Assembly: GCA_000990585.1 (NCBI GenBank)
Contig: LBQD01000001.1
Span: forward strand, 62,965-126,964
Source: Candidatus Moranbacteria bacterium GW2011_GWE2_35_2-
GTDB taxonomy: Bacteria > Patescibacteriota > Minisyncoccia > Moranbacterales > UBA9337
Direction: 5' to 3'
Length of the DNA stretch: 64,000 bases
Below the pieces are notes generated by a model that saw nothing but the letters and a program-made list of their open reading frames with translations, searched no databases and was not told the DNA's origin. A program made the translations under genes and the position numbers. Of the stretch, positions 39,015 through 49,084 are shown one piece after another; within the stretch, counting starts at the first letter, position 1; each line of letters starts with the position of its first letter.

Positions 39015-39719
39015 ATGTACGAAAAATCTTATCTTGAAAAAGCTCCGGTAAAGTCCGAAGAAAAAAAAGAGCGGATGAGTGATTCATGTTTAGAAGGACT
39101 TATTAAGCATATTAGGGAATATGAAGGTTTTTATGATAGTAAGTTTGTGCGGGAGTCCAGTAATAATGAATTTGGATTTTCAGAAGATGAGGGGCGGGAA
39201 ATGGAAATGATCATCAGAAAATTGAAGGATAAAATATTAGATTTGTATGAAAATAATCACGACTTCTTTATTGAAGGAGAGGGGCAAGCAAAGCATATAT
39301 TTGGAAATTCAATATTGGTTAATGCGGGTGCTTTTGCTCGAAGATATTCCGAAGGAAAGAAGGTTCGGGACGATGTTAGAAAAATAATACGTTATGAAAT
39401 GAGTCTATTAAATGAATATACGAAGGGTTTACTGGAAGATGATGATTTTTTGCGAGATGAAATAACATTCGAAAAAGGTTATTTAAATGGATTCAAGAAG
39501 TTTTTTAAGGATAAAAAAGAGATAAGTCCTAAATCGCCAAATAGAATCGCGTTGGCTAATTTTTTTCATGATCTTAGTAGGGGTGGAATAAAGAAAAGTG
39601 ATTTTGAAAGAAGATTGGAAGATGTTCAGGAAAGTCAAAATATTTTGAATGAAGATGAATTGCAAAAACATTTGTTTGCGGTTGACAATAAAGGCGAGGA
39701 ATATTATAAATTGGTTTAA
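39015..39719 (+). CDS. Hypothetical protein (234 aa, acidic, helical)
   Basis: As above. Confidence 0.5.
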   Translation: MYEKSYLEKAPVKSEEKKERMSDSCLEGLIKHIREYEGFYDSKFVRESSNNEFGFSEDEGREMEMIIRKLKDKILDLYENNHDFFIEGEGQAKHIFGNSILVNAGAFARRYSEGKKVRDDVRKIIRYEMSLLNEYTKGLLEDDDFLRDEITFEKGYLNGFKKFFKDKKEISPKSPNRIALANFFHDLSRGGIKKSDFERRLEDVQESQNILNEDELQKHLFAVDNKGEEYYKLV

Positions 39720-41491
39720 TGGGCGTTGGACAAAAAGAAGAACATACTATGACAGCACAAGAACTTAGGCAAAAATATTTGGAATTTTTCAAGTCGAAGG
39801 GACACACAATCATCCCTTCGGCTTCTTTGGTGCCGGAAAATGATCCGACAACGCTTTTTACAACTGCCGGAATGCACCCTTTGGTGCCATATATTATGGG
39901 AGAAAAGCATCCAGGGGGAAAGAGGGTGGCAAATGTTCAAAAGTGCGTGAGAACAACAGACATTGATGAAGTAGGGGACGCGACACATCACACTTTTTTT
40001 GAAATGTTGGGAAATTGGAGTTTCGGTGATTATTTCAAGAAAGATTCAATCGAAATGAGCTTCGAGTTTTTAACTTCTTCCGAATGGATGGGATTAGACA
40101 AAAATCGGCTGGCAGTTTCAGTTTTTGAAGGAGATGAAAACGTTTCTTTCGATGACGAGTCTTTTGAGAAGTGGAAAGCGCTTGGAATTTCAGAAAATAA
40201 AATTGCGAAGCTTCCCAAGAAAAATAATTGGTGGGGTCCAGCTGGAGAGACAGGACCATGTGGACCGGACACAGAGATTTTTTATTGGGTTGGCGAACTG
40301 GACAAAATCCCGGAAAGTTTTGCTGATGATAATGATCAATGGGTGGAAATTTGGAATAATGTTTTTATGCAGTTTGAAAAAAATAAAGAAGGAAAATTTG
40401 TTCCATTGGCAAAAAAGAATGTCGATACGGGAATGGGAATGGAAAGAATACTTTCGGCATTGAATGGATTTGATGACAATTACAAAACAGAATTATTTTG
40501 GCCGATTATTGAGAAAATTGAAGAACTTTCCGGAAAAAAATATGAAGATTTCAAAAAAGAATTTCGTATTATTTCCGATCATATCAAAGCGGCAACATTT
40601 GTGATTTCCGAAGGAATCACTCCGTCAAATACCGATCAAGGATATGTGGTGCGTCGGCTCATTCGCCGGGCAATTCGCTATGGAAAAATGATTGGAATTG
40701 AGAATAATTTTACCAAAGAAATTGCAAAAGTCGTTTTTGAAATTTATGGAGAAGTTTATCCGGAAATTATTAGTGTGAAAGAAATTGTCTTTATTGAATT
40801 GGAAAAAGAGGAAAATAAATTCAGACAGACTTTGGAAAAAGGCTTGAAAGAATTTAATAAACTGACTTTGATTACAGGAAAAGATGCTTTTAATTTATAT
40901 CAATCATACGGATTTCCGTTGGAGATGACAGAAGAGTTAGCCAAGGAAAAGAATTTTGCGGTTAATAAAAAAGATTTTGAAGATGAATTTAAAAAACACC
41001 AAGAACTTTCTCGAACTGCTTCGGCGGGGAAATTCAAGGGTGGGTTGGCTGATTCCGGTGAAGAAACAGTGAAATTGCATACTGTGGCGCATCTTCTTTT
41101 GGCGGCGCTTCGTGAAGTGTTGGGAGAGGAAATTTATCAAAAAGGATCGAATATTACTGCCGAAAGATTGCGCTTTGATTTCAATTATCCGGAAAAATTG
41201 ACCGCAGAACAATTGAAACAAGTTGAGGATTTGGTAAACCGGAAAATTGAAGAGAAAATTGAAGTCGAGATGGTTGAAATGCCGAAAAATAAAGCTTTGG
41301 AAAAAGTGAAGGTTTCTTTTGATTCATCCAAATATGGCGACGTTGTGAAAGTATATTCAATCGGAGATTTTAGTGCTGAACTTTGCGGAGGACCGCACGC
41401 GGGAAATACCGGCGAGCTTGGACATTTCAAAATTAAAAAAGAAGAGTCCTCCAGCGCCGGAGTTCGCCGAATTAAAGCAGTTTTGGAATAG
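39719..41491 (+). CDS. alaS: Alanyl-tRNA synthetase, compact form (catalytic + editing domains, no C-Ala domain). An alternative start lies at 39749
   Basis: AlaRS class II core (...FTTAGMHPL..., GNWSFGDYFK) and editing motifs HTVAHLL...CGGPH. Confidence 0.85.
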   Translation: MGVGQKEEHTMTAQELRQKYLEFFKSKGHTIIPSASLVPENDPTTLFTTAGMHPLVPYIMGEKHPGGKRVANVQKCVRTTDIDEVGDATHHTFFEMLGNWSFGDYFKKDSIEMSFEFLTSSEWMGLDKNRLAVSVFEGDENVSFDDESFEKWKALGISENKIAKLPKKNNWWGPAGETGPCGPDTEIFYWVGELDKIPESFADDNDQWVEIWNNVFMQFEKNKEGKFVPLAKKNVDTGMGMERILSALNGFDDNYKTELFWPIIEKIEELSGKKYEDFKKEFRIISDHIKAATFVISEGITPSNTDQGYVVRRLIRRAIRYGKMIGIENNFTKEIAKVVFEIYGEVYPEIISVKEIVFIELEKEENKFRQTLEKGLKEFNKLTLITGKDAFNLYQSYGFPLEMTEELAKEKNFAVNKKDFEDEFKKHQELSRTASAGKFKGGLADSGEETVKLHTVAHLLLAALREVLGEEIYQKGSNITAERLRFDFNYPEKLTAEQLKQVEDLVNRKIEEKIEVEMVEMPKNKALEKVKVSFDSSKYGDVVKVYSIGDFSAELCGGPHAGNTGELGHFKIKKEESSSAGVRRIKAVLE

Positions 41492-41515
41492 TTAAAAATA
41501 TGTTATACTGAAGAT

Positions 41516-42031
41516 ATGAAAAAGAAAATTTCTCAAAAAAAGAAAAATATTATTGGAAAAAACGATCAATTCGGGGTTATTTTGGAAGATATTAATTCCA
41601 AATTCGATTTGATAATGGAAAGTTTTGACGGAATGAATCGCAAGATTGATAAAAATCATGAAGAATTTCTTGAATTTAAAGAAGATATGACCGGATTTAA
41701 AAATAATATGACTGAATTTAAATCTGATATGACAGGATTTAGAAAAGATATGGTTGAATTTAAATCTGATATGACAGGATTTAGAAAAGATATGGTTGAA
41801 TTTAAATCTGATATGACCGGATTTAAAAAAGAGTCAGAGAGTAAATTTGATACCATTTTGTCATATTTAATGTCAATTGATGAAGAACTGAAAGAAATAA
41901 AAATGGAACTTGAAATATTCAAAAAGAGTGAAAAATATCAGAATGAAGAAATAAGATTACTGGAAATTAGAATAAAAAAACTAGAGAAAGACAATGTAAA
42001 ATTGCACAAATTATTGATAAAAGCAAGCTAG
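41516..42031 (+). CDS. Coiled-coil protein with four tandem 14-aa repeats (EFKSDMTGFRKDMV)
   Basis: A 42-nt DNA unit gaatttaaatctgatatgacaggatttagaaaagatatggtt is perfectly duplicated at 41714-41797 and flanked by diverged copies. Confidence 0.6.
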   Translation: MKKKISQKKKNIIGKNDQFGVILEDINSKFDLIMESFDGMNRKIDKNHEEFLEFKEDMTGFKNNMTEFKSDMTGFRKDMVEFKSDMTGFRKDMVEFKSDMTGFKKESESKFDTILSYLMSIDEELKEIKMELEIFKKSEKYQNEEIRLLEIRIKKLEKDNVKLHKLLIKAS

Positions 42032-42215
42032 TATCGTGTTCGCTTTTTAGTTATTCATTATCATAGAGTTGCAGGTAGTTGCTTTTAATTGTTAGTTTGA
42101 TATATTGAAATTAGGAAAAATTAAATAAAAGGAGGAATTGTTCCTTAAAAACAAAGCAGCGCGCAGTCGTTAGCTTTTTTATTTTTTGGCAAATAACCCA
42201 TGTCAAGGAGGAAAT

Positions 42216-43580
42216 ATGACAACTCAACAATCAGTAGAAAGAGAAACATTTGTGCTTGACGCAAGTGTTTTTCTGCATGATCCAAGAGCGCTGGATCATC
42301 TGCGGAATTGCGATGTGGTGATTCCGTTTGCGGTGATTGAGCAATTGGACCAGATGAAGAAATTGGACGGAACAAAAGGGATGAATTCCCGGCGTTCGTT
42401 GCAATATCTGGATGATTTGCGACGGTTCGGTAGTTTTAGGGAGGGAATAAAAATTTCCGACAACCAGATAGTGAAAATATTGTCGACAGTACCGGAAATT
42501 ATTCGAAATATTTCGTGTCGCTTTGATCCGGAGATTCTTGAGCATCAAGTTTTGGCGGTGGCGAATTATTTACACCGGCAGAATGCAAAAAAGACCATTC
42601 TTCTTTCCAAGGATTTGCATATGCGCGTCAAAGCTAATATTCTCGGGATTAAAACGATGGATTTTGTTGAGACCGAGAAAAATGATGTTTTATTTGATAA
42701 CAGATTTAAGGGTTATCGAAACATCGATGCTCCCGAAGGTTTAATAAAGGATTGTTGTTGCAATGGGAGTCGGTATCCTTTGGAAAAAATTTTTAGTGAT
42801 GTTGATGGTATTGACCTAGCGGGATTGATGGCGAATGAGTTCGTCATAATGGCAAATGGCAATCGAAAATATCTTGGTCGTTATGACGGCAATGGCGATC
42901 TTTGCCGGCACAAATGGGAGATGCCCAATTCTTGCGGTATTTGGCCGAAAAATATTGAGCAGATAATGGCATATCATCTGCTCACAGATCCAAGTGTGCA
43001 GGTTGTAACATTGACCGGAAAAGCCGGAACCGGAAAGACGATGTTGGCCCTTTTGGCGGGATTATCCCAGACTTCAAATGGGAAAAAAATGTATGAAAAA
43101 ATTCTTTTTTCCCGGCCGATTATTTCGATTGGAAATGATTTGGGTTATCTTTCCGGGGATAAAGAAGATAAGCTTTCTTCCTGGATGAAGTCCTGCTCGG
43201 ATAACCTCTATTTTATTTTGAGCAGGGCGGAAAGTATGGGCATTAAAAGAAAGAAAAAGAATAAAAGCGAAGATGCGGTACAGTTGGAGGCGCTTACTTT
43301 TATTCGAGGAAGATCGATTTGCGGACGATATTATATTGTCGATGAAGCGCAAAATCTGACGCCATTCGAGGTGAAAACCATCATCAGTCGCGCCGGAGAG
43401 GGAACTAAATTTGTTCTTCTTGGCGACCCCGGACAGATTGATAATCCATATGTTGACGCGGAGAGTAATGGTTTGACACACGCAGTGAGAAAACTTTCTC
43501 CACTGTCGATTCACGGACACATTACTCTTTTGGGTGGTTGTCGTAGTAACTTGGCGGATGTTGCTGCGAGTTATTTATAA
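42216..43580 (+). CDS. PhoH2/YlaK: N-terminal PIN domain fused to a PhoH-like ATPase
   Basis: Walker A GKAGTGKT, DEAQN. PIN acidic residues at the N-terminus. AGGAGG lies 7 nt before the ATG at 42216. Confidence 0.85.
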   Translation: MTTQQSVERETFVLDASVFLHDPRALDHLRNCDVVIPFAVIEQLDQMKKLDGTKGMNSRRSLQYLDDLRRFGSFREGIKISDNQIVKILSTVPEIIRNISCRFDPEILEHQVLAVANYLHRQNAKKTILLSKDLHMRVKANILGIKTMDFVETEKNDVLFDNRFKGYRNIDAPEGLIKDCCCNGSRYPLEKIFSDVDGIDLAGLMANEFVIMANGNRKYLGRYDGNGDLCRHKWEMPNSCGIWPKNIEQIMAYHLLTDPSVQVVTLTGKAGTGKTMLALLAGLSQTSNGKKMYEKILFSRPIISIGNDLGYLSGDKEDKLSSWMKSCSDNLYFILSRAESMGIKRKKKNKSEDAVQLEALTFIRGRSICGRYYIVDEAQNLTPFEVKTIISRAGEGTKFVLLGDPGQIDNPYVDAESNGLTHAVRKLSPLSIHGHITLLGGCRSNLADVAASYL

Positions 43581-43605
43581 TCTCGCGGCTAAAAGTCGCT
43601 CAGGA

Positions 43606-43641
43606 GAGGGATTGCACGATGTGCAGTCCCTCATTTTTTTT
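43606..43641 (+). terminator. Rho-independent terminator after phoH2
   Basis: GAGGGATTGCAC-gat-GTGCAGTCCCTC + T8. Confidence 0.8.
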
Positions 43642-43645
43642 AACT

Positions 43646-43674
43646 TTGACCTGGATGCTTTTTTGGTGTATTAT
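43646..43674 (+). promoter_or_regulatory. Sigma70-like promoter for mreB
   Basis: TTGACC-17nt-TATTAT. Confidence 0.45.
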
Positions 43675-43740
43675 TGAAGAAAATAACAAAAAGAAATCTA
43701 AATATTTGAAGATGAGCCGAGAGGCTTGTTAAATTTTTTT

Positions 43741-44829
43741 ATGTCAAATAAATTCAGAAATATATATCGAAAAATAACCGGAAGTTTTTTTGGAAAATTT
43801 TCCAAAGATATTGGGATTGATTTGGGAACCGCTAACACTCTGGTTTATGTAAGCGGGAAAGGAATTGTTATTAATGAGCCTTCCGTGGTGGCGATTAATA
43901 AGAGAACCGGACAAATTTTGGCAATTGGAAAAGAAGCTAAAAAAATGGTCGGAAAAACCCCGGGACATATTGTTGCGATTCGTCCATTGGTTGATGGAGT
44001 AGTGAGTGATTTTGAGGTGACCCAACAAATGCTTCGATATTTTATTGATAAAATTCACAAGGATTCTTTTTCTTTACTTCCTCGTCCGCGCGTGTTAGTA
44101 GGAATTCCATCCGGAGTAACGGAAGTGGAGAAGCGCGCTGTAATTGATGCATCGCTCAATGCCGGAGCGCGAGAAGCGTATGTGATTGATGAGCCGATGG
44201 CGGCGGCAATCGGAGCGCGTCTTCCTGTAACTACTCCGGCAGGAAATATGATTGTTGATATTGGTGGAGGAACAGCGGAGATCGCTGTTATTTCTTTGGG
44301 CGGTGTGGTGGTTTCACGCAGTTTGCGGGTTGCCGGCGACGAAATGAATGAAGATATTGTGAGATTTTGCCGGGATGAATTTAATTTACTGATTGGAGAA
44401 AGAACAGCGGAAGATGTTAAAATTGCTATCGGTAGCGCCTATCCTCAACCGAAGCCGCTTTCAATGATGATTCGTGGGCGAGATTTGGTAAGCGGACTTC
44501 CGAAAGAAGTAAAGGCGAATGATGAACAAATTCGCGAAGCACTTTCTCGTTCCATTAGGATTATTATAAATAATATCAAGACTATTATCGAGGAAACTCC
44601 GCCGGAACTTATTTCCGATATTATGCAACGGGGAATAATTTTAGCGGGAGGGGGCAGTTTGATTCGCGGATTGGATAAATCAATTGCCAATCATACGGAA
44701 ATGCCGGTACGAATGATGGAAGATCCTTTGACGGCGGTGGTGCGTGGAACAGGAATTGTTCTTGAAGATTTGGATAATTTGAAAGAAGTTCTAATTGATA
44801 ACCAATATGACGATCGTCCTTTGAGGTAG
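43741..44829 (+). CDS. mreB: Rod shape-determining protein MreB
   Basis: DIGIDLGTANTLVYV. Actin fold. Confidence 0.92.
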   Translation: MSNKFRNIYRKITGSFFGKFSKDIGIDLGTANTLVYVSGKGIVINEPSVVAINKRTGQILAIGKEAKKMVGKTPGHIVAIRPLVDGVVSDFEVTQQMLRYFIDKIHKDSFSLLPRPRVLVGIPSGVTEVEKRAVIDASLNAGAREAYVIDEPMAAAIGARLPVTTPAGNMIVDIGGGTAEIAVISLGGVVVSRSLRVAGDEMNEDIVRFCRDEFNLLIGERTAEDVKIAIGSAYPQPKPLSMMIRGRDLVSGLPKEVKANDEQIREALSRSIRIIINNIKTIIEETPPELISDIMQRGIILAGGGSLIRGLDKSIANHTEMPVRMMEDPLTAVVRGTGIVLEDLDNLKEVLIDNQYDDRPLR

Positions 44830-44850
44830 AATTATAAATATAAATATAAA

Positions 44851-45663
44851 ATGTTTAAAAGTTTTTATAATCGAAAAATATTCAGAGTTATTGTTGTGGT
44901 TGCGGTTTTTGGTTTTTTGATTTTTTGGAATCCATTTAATTTTTTCGATTTTTTTAGAGGAGTGATTTTCCGTGTTGCCTATCCTTTTGGAAAAATACTT
45001 TTTGTATCTTCTGAAAAAACCAAGCAAACAATTTTTTTTGTTTCTTCGATCGGAGAAATGAAAAGTGAAAATGAAAAGTTGAATGATGAGAATGTGCGTT
45101 TGGCGGCGGAAAATGCGATGCTTCGCGATATGAAAAAAGAAAATGATATTCTTAGAGAACAAAATAATCTTTTTCCACGAGACAGGTTTGAAGGTCAGAT
45201 GGCGCAAGTAATCGGTCGTGATGTCGGTGGTGTGGGAAACTGGATAATGATTGACAAAGGAATTCGTGATGGTATTTCTGATGGAATGCCGGTGATTGCT
45301 TTTGGAAAAAATTTGGTTGGCCGCGTAAAAAAAGCATATGCGACTTCATCGCAAGTAATGTTATTATCCAATCCGGAAAGCTCTATTAACGCGGAAATGG
45401 GAATGACTCAAGCAAAGGGAATCGTGCGGGGGGAATATGGACTGGGATTAATATTAGATAATGTTCTGCAAACAGACAAAATTGATATTGGAGATGAAAT
45501 TATAACTTCCGGAATTGGCGGCGGTATGCCGAGAGGGCTATTAATAGGGAAAGCGAAAGAAGTTTATGCATCGCCGGATCATCTTTTTTGGCGTGCAATT
45601 GTGTTTCAATTAATAGTGCCTACTGATTTGCGATTTGTTTCTGTAATTAAAAGCGGTCAATGA
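44851..45663 (+). CDS. mreC: Rod shape-determining protein MreC
   Basis: N-terminal TM, coiled coil, then ...VIGRD...GMPV..G..LVGRV. Confidence 0.82.
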   Translation: MFKSFYNRKIFRVIVVVAVFGFLIFWNPFNFFDFFRGVIFRVAYPFGKILFVSSEKTKQTIFFVSSIGEMKSENEKLNDENVRLAAENAMLRDMKKENDILREQNNLFPRDRFEGQMAQVIGRDVGGVGNWIMIDKGIRDGISDGMPVIAFGKNLVGRVKKAYATSSQVMLLSNPESSINAEMGMTQAKGIVRGEYGLGLILDNVLQTDKIDIGDEIITSGIGGGMPRGLLIGKAKEVYASPDHLFWRAIVFQLIVPTDLRFVSVIKSGQ

Positions 45664-45670
45664 TAACTAG

Positions 45671-46207
45671 ATGAAAAATTTTTTTTTCAGAACAGTGTCG
45701 GTTTTTGCGATTGCTTTTTTTCAAGTATATTTTTTTGCTTCCTTTCCTTTTGGCGGACAAGCTGTTGGTTTTGGATTGATGGCGGCGGTGGCGTGGACGG
45801 TCGTTTCCGGTTTTGAGAAAATATGGGTGTATATTCTTGGATTAGGAATTCTTATTGATTTGCTGTCCTTTGAACGAGTAGGAGAAAATGTGATAATATT
45901 TATTATTGCGATATATTTTGTGAGTTTTATTTCTAAAAGAATTTTACTTCAAAGTGTCGGAGGGAGTTTTTTGTTGATAATTTTTATTATTATAGCAATA
46001 ACTTTTTTCAGCAATTTTCTCTCGTTTGTTTTTTCTTTTTTTCAGGGCGAAGTGTCGAATTTTTTTGATGGCGGAATTTTGTTTTTTGCAAAGGGCGTCT
46101 TTTGGGAATCGTTTTGGAATATTCCATCTTTTTATTTTCTTTATTGGTTGATAAATCGAATGGAGAAGAATATATCTTTTTATGAAAAATCAGTAAAGAT
46201 TAGGTAA
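45671..46207 (+). CDS. mreD: Rod shape-determining protein MreD (polytopic membrane)
   Basis: Position after mreC; 5-6 TM; 178 aa. Confidence 0.6.
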   Translation: MKNFFFRTVSVFAIAFFQVYFFASFPFGGQAVGFGLMAAVAWTVVSGFEKIWVYILGLGILIDLLSFERVGENVIIFIIAIYFVSFISKRILLQSVGGSFLLIIFIIIAITFFSNFLSFVFSFFQGEVSNFFDGGILFFAKGVFWESFWNIPSFYFLYWLINRMEKNISFYEKSVKIR

Positions 46208-46212
46208 TATTT

Positions 46213-48102
46213 ATGACAAATAAAAAATACCAAATAAAAAGGGAAATATTGGATCAATTTGAGGTGGAAGACTCATTGATGACACTTTCTAGACAGGAAG
46301 CTTGTCGACTAGAAAATCCTTTTAATAAGAAATTATTGGATATTTTTTGGTTTTTTTTGCTGGCGGTTTTATTTGTGATGGCAGGAAGAGTTTTTTATTT
46401 AAATATTGTTAAGGGGGAATATTATCGCGAGATTGCCAAGGAGAATAGCATCCGCTCGATAAGTATCAAAGCCCCGAGAGGAAAAATATATGATCGATAT
46501 GGTAAAGTTTTAGTTAACAATACCCCTAGTATGGATGTTGTCGCCATTCCAGCCGATCTTCCGGCAGAATCGTCGGAAAGAAGAAATAAGGTTGAAGAAA
46601 TAGCAAAAATTCTTGCGATAGATAAAAATAAGATATGGGAAATTTTGGAAAATGTAAAGATGTCTTCTTTGTCTCCAATTTTAGTAAAGGAAAATATAAA
46701 TCAAGAAGAATCTCTGATAATAGAAGAGAAAAAAGGAGAATTTCCTGGGTTTAATATTGAAAAAAACGCAGTAAGGAGATATGAAGATGGGTTTATTTTT
46801 TCTCACATTTTGGGTTATGAAGGAAAAATTCGTGTCGAAGAATTGAAAGATAATCCGGATTATGTTCTTACGGATTATATTGGAAAGCAAGGAATAGAAA
46901 AGGCATATGAAGAAAAGTTGCGGGGAAAAAACGGAGCAAGAAGGGTGGAGGTGGATTCAATGGGACGCACTAAACGGGAATTTGGTATTGTGAGTTCTGA
47001 GCCGGGAAGTGATTTGATTTTGAATATAGATGCTCAGTTGCAAAAAAAATTATTTGACAGTATTAGTAGTGTTTTAGAGAAAAATCAATTGAAAACCGCC
47101 GCTGCCGTAGCGATGAGTCCTAATGACGGAGGAATTTTGGCAATGGTAAGTATCCCCAGTTTCGATAATAATCTTTTTGCTTCCGGTATTTCTTTGGATA
47201 AATATCAGCAACTAATGAATGATCCGTTTCGTCCGATGTTTAATCGGGCGCTTTCGGGGGAATATGCTCCCGGTTCGACAATAAAGCCCTTGCTTGCTTG
47301 TGCTGCGCTCAGGGAGGGAATAATAACAGAGCAAACTCAGATTGAAAGTCGAGGTGGAATTAGTGTAGGTAGTTATTTTTTTGGTGATTGGAAAACTCAC
47401 GGATTTACGGATGTTAGGCGGGCGATTGCTGTTTCAAGCGATGTTTTTTTCTATAGTGTCGGAGGAGGATATGGAAATGTGAAAGGATTGGGAATGGAAA
47501 AGATGAAACAATATTACAATTTGTTCGGTTTTGGAAGTGCAACCGGAATTGATATTCCCGGAGAGGCGAAAGGGTTTATTCCGGATGAAAATTGGAAGTT
47601 GGAGAAATTTGGAGAAAAATGGTATATCGGAAACAGTTATCATGCGTCCATTGGACAGGGATATATTACGGCAACACCACTTCAAATCGCTGCTTATATT
47701 TCTGTTATCGCCAATGGCGGAACATTGTATCAGCCGAGAATTGTTTCGCAGGCGCGTAATCTGAAAGGTGAAACGGAAAATTATTCTCCGCGGATTATTC
47801 GGTCGCAAATTATTGATTCTCAAATTTTGAAAGTTGCGCAAGAAGGGATGAAAATGACGATAACCGAAGGAACGGCACAAAGTCTCAAAAATCTTCCTAT
47901 GGAGGTTGCCGGAAAAACCGGAACGGCGCAATATGGAGGAGAGGGAAAAACGCACGGCTGGTTTGCTTCCTATGCTCCATATGAAAAGCCGGAGATTGTT
48001 TTAGTGGTGTTGGTTGAAGGTCAAGGCGAAGAAAGTTATAACGCAGTGCCGGTTGTCGAGGAAGTATATCGTTGGTATTGGGAAAATCGAATGAATAATT
48101 AA
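46213..48102 (+). CDS. mrdA: Penicillin-binding protein 2 (elongasome transpeptidase)
   Basis: SxxK (GSTIKP), SSD(V), KTGTAQ. Confidence 0.88.
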   Translation: MTNKKYQIKREILDQFEVEDSLMTLSRQEACRLENPFNKKLLDIFWFFLLAVLFVMAGRVFYLNIVKGEYYREIAKENSIRSISIKAPRGKIYDRYGKVLVNNTPSMDVVAIPADLPAESSERRNKVEEIAKILAIDKNKIWEILENVKMSSLSPILVKENINQEESLIIEEKKGEFPGFNIEKNAVRRYEDGFIFSHILGYEGKIRVEELKDNPDYVLTDYIGKQGIEKAYEEKLRGKNGARRVEVDSMGRTKREFGIVSSEPGSDLILNIDAQLQKKLFDSISSVLEKNQLKTAAAVAMSPNDGGILAMVSIPSFDNNLFASGISLDKYQQLMNDPFRPMFNRALSGEYAPGSTIKPLLACAALREGIITEQTQIESRGGISVGSYFFGDWKTHGFTDVRRAIAVSSDVFFYSVGGGYGNVKGLGMEKMKQYYNLFGFGSATGIDIPGEAKGFIPDENWKLEKFGEKWYIGNSYHASIGQGYITATPLQIAAYISVIANGGTLYQPRIVSQARNLKGETENYSPRIIRSQIIDSQILKVAQEGMKMTITEGTAQSLKNLPMEVAGKTGTAQYGGEGKTHGWFASYAPYEKPEIVLVVLVEGQGEESYNAVPVVEEVYRWYWENRMNN

Positions 48103-48126
48103 TTTAAAATAATTATAAAAAACAAT

Positions 48127-49083
48127 ATGAAAATTCTCATTACGGGCGGAGCGGGGTTTATTGGTAGTGCGATTGCGAAAGCATTGATGGACCGGGGAGA
48201 TAAAGTTGTTTTGATGGATAATTTTAATGACTATTACGATCCAAAACTAAAGAGAGATAGAATAAAAAAATTTCTTGTTGGCTATGATTTTAAATTATAT
48301 AAATCTGATATTCGTTATTACAAAAAATTAGAAAGAATCTTCAAAAAAGAAAGTCCTGAAAAAGTTATTCATTTAGCTGCAATGGCCGGAGTTCGTTATT
48401 CTTTGGAAAATCCTCTCTTATATGGAGAAGTTAATTTTATGGGGACACTCAATCTTCTGGAACTTTCTCGAATTTATGGTATCAAAAACTTCATCTACGC
48501 TTCATCTTCTTCCGTATACGGAGTAAATAAAAAAATTCCATTTTCAGAAACAGATAATGTTGATAATCCAATCTCTCCATATGCAGCAACAAAAAAATCA
48601 ACCGAGCTTTTGGCACATGTGTATAGTTATACGCATAAAATGAAAACAACAGGTCTTCGATTTTTCACTGTATATGGACCTTGGGGGCGTCCAGATATGG
48701 CATATTTCAAGTTTGCTAATAATCTTTTTGCGGGCAAGCCAATTGAAATTTATAACAAAGGAAAAATGCTTCGAGATTTCACATATATCGATGATATTGT
48801 TGAGGGCATGCTGAAAGTTTTGGATGCAGATTTTGATTGCGAAGTGATGAATATTGGAGCGGAAAAACCGGAAAAATTGATGGATTATATCGAAGTGATT
48901 GAAGATAAATTCGGAAGAAAATTCAAAAAGAAAATGCTTCCAATGCAGCCGGGAGATGTTCCGCAAACAGTGGCTGATGTTTCAAAATTGAGAAAACTTG
49001 GTTGGCAGCCAACAACAAAAATCGAAAAGGGAATTGAAAAATTTGTTGATTGGTATCAGGAATATTATAAAGTAAGGAAGTAA
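48127..49083 (+). CDS. NAD-dependent sugar-nucleotide epimerase (UDP-glucuronate/UDP-GlcNAc 4-epimerase-like SDR)
   Basis: GGAGFIGS; YASSSSVYG...YAATK. Confidence 0.8.
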   Translation: MKILITGGAGFIGSAIAKALMDRGDKVVLMDNFNDYYDPKLKRDRIKKFLVGYDFKLYKSDIRYYKKLERIFKKESPEKVIHLAAMAGVRYSLENPLLYGEVNFMGTLNLLELSRIYGIKNFIYASSSSVYGVNKKIPFSETDNVDNPISPYAATKKSTELLAHVYSYTHKMKTTGLRFFTVYGPWGRPDMAYFKFANNLFAGKPIEIYNKGKMLRDFTYIDDIVEGMLKVLDADFDCEVMNIGAEKPEKLMDYIEVIEDKFGRKFKKKMLPMQPGDVPQTVADVSKLRKLGWQPTTKIEKGIEKFVDWYQEYYKVRK

Positions 49084-49084
49084 A

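Noticed and set aside
43726-43740. TTG start for mreB
   Set aside because: The in-frame ATG at 43741 is available. The call is uncertain, but the ATG is preferred.
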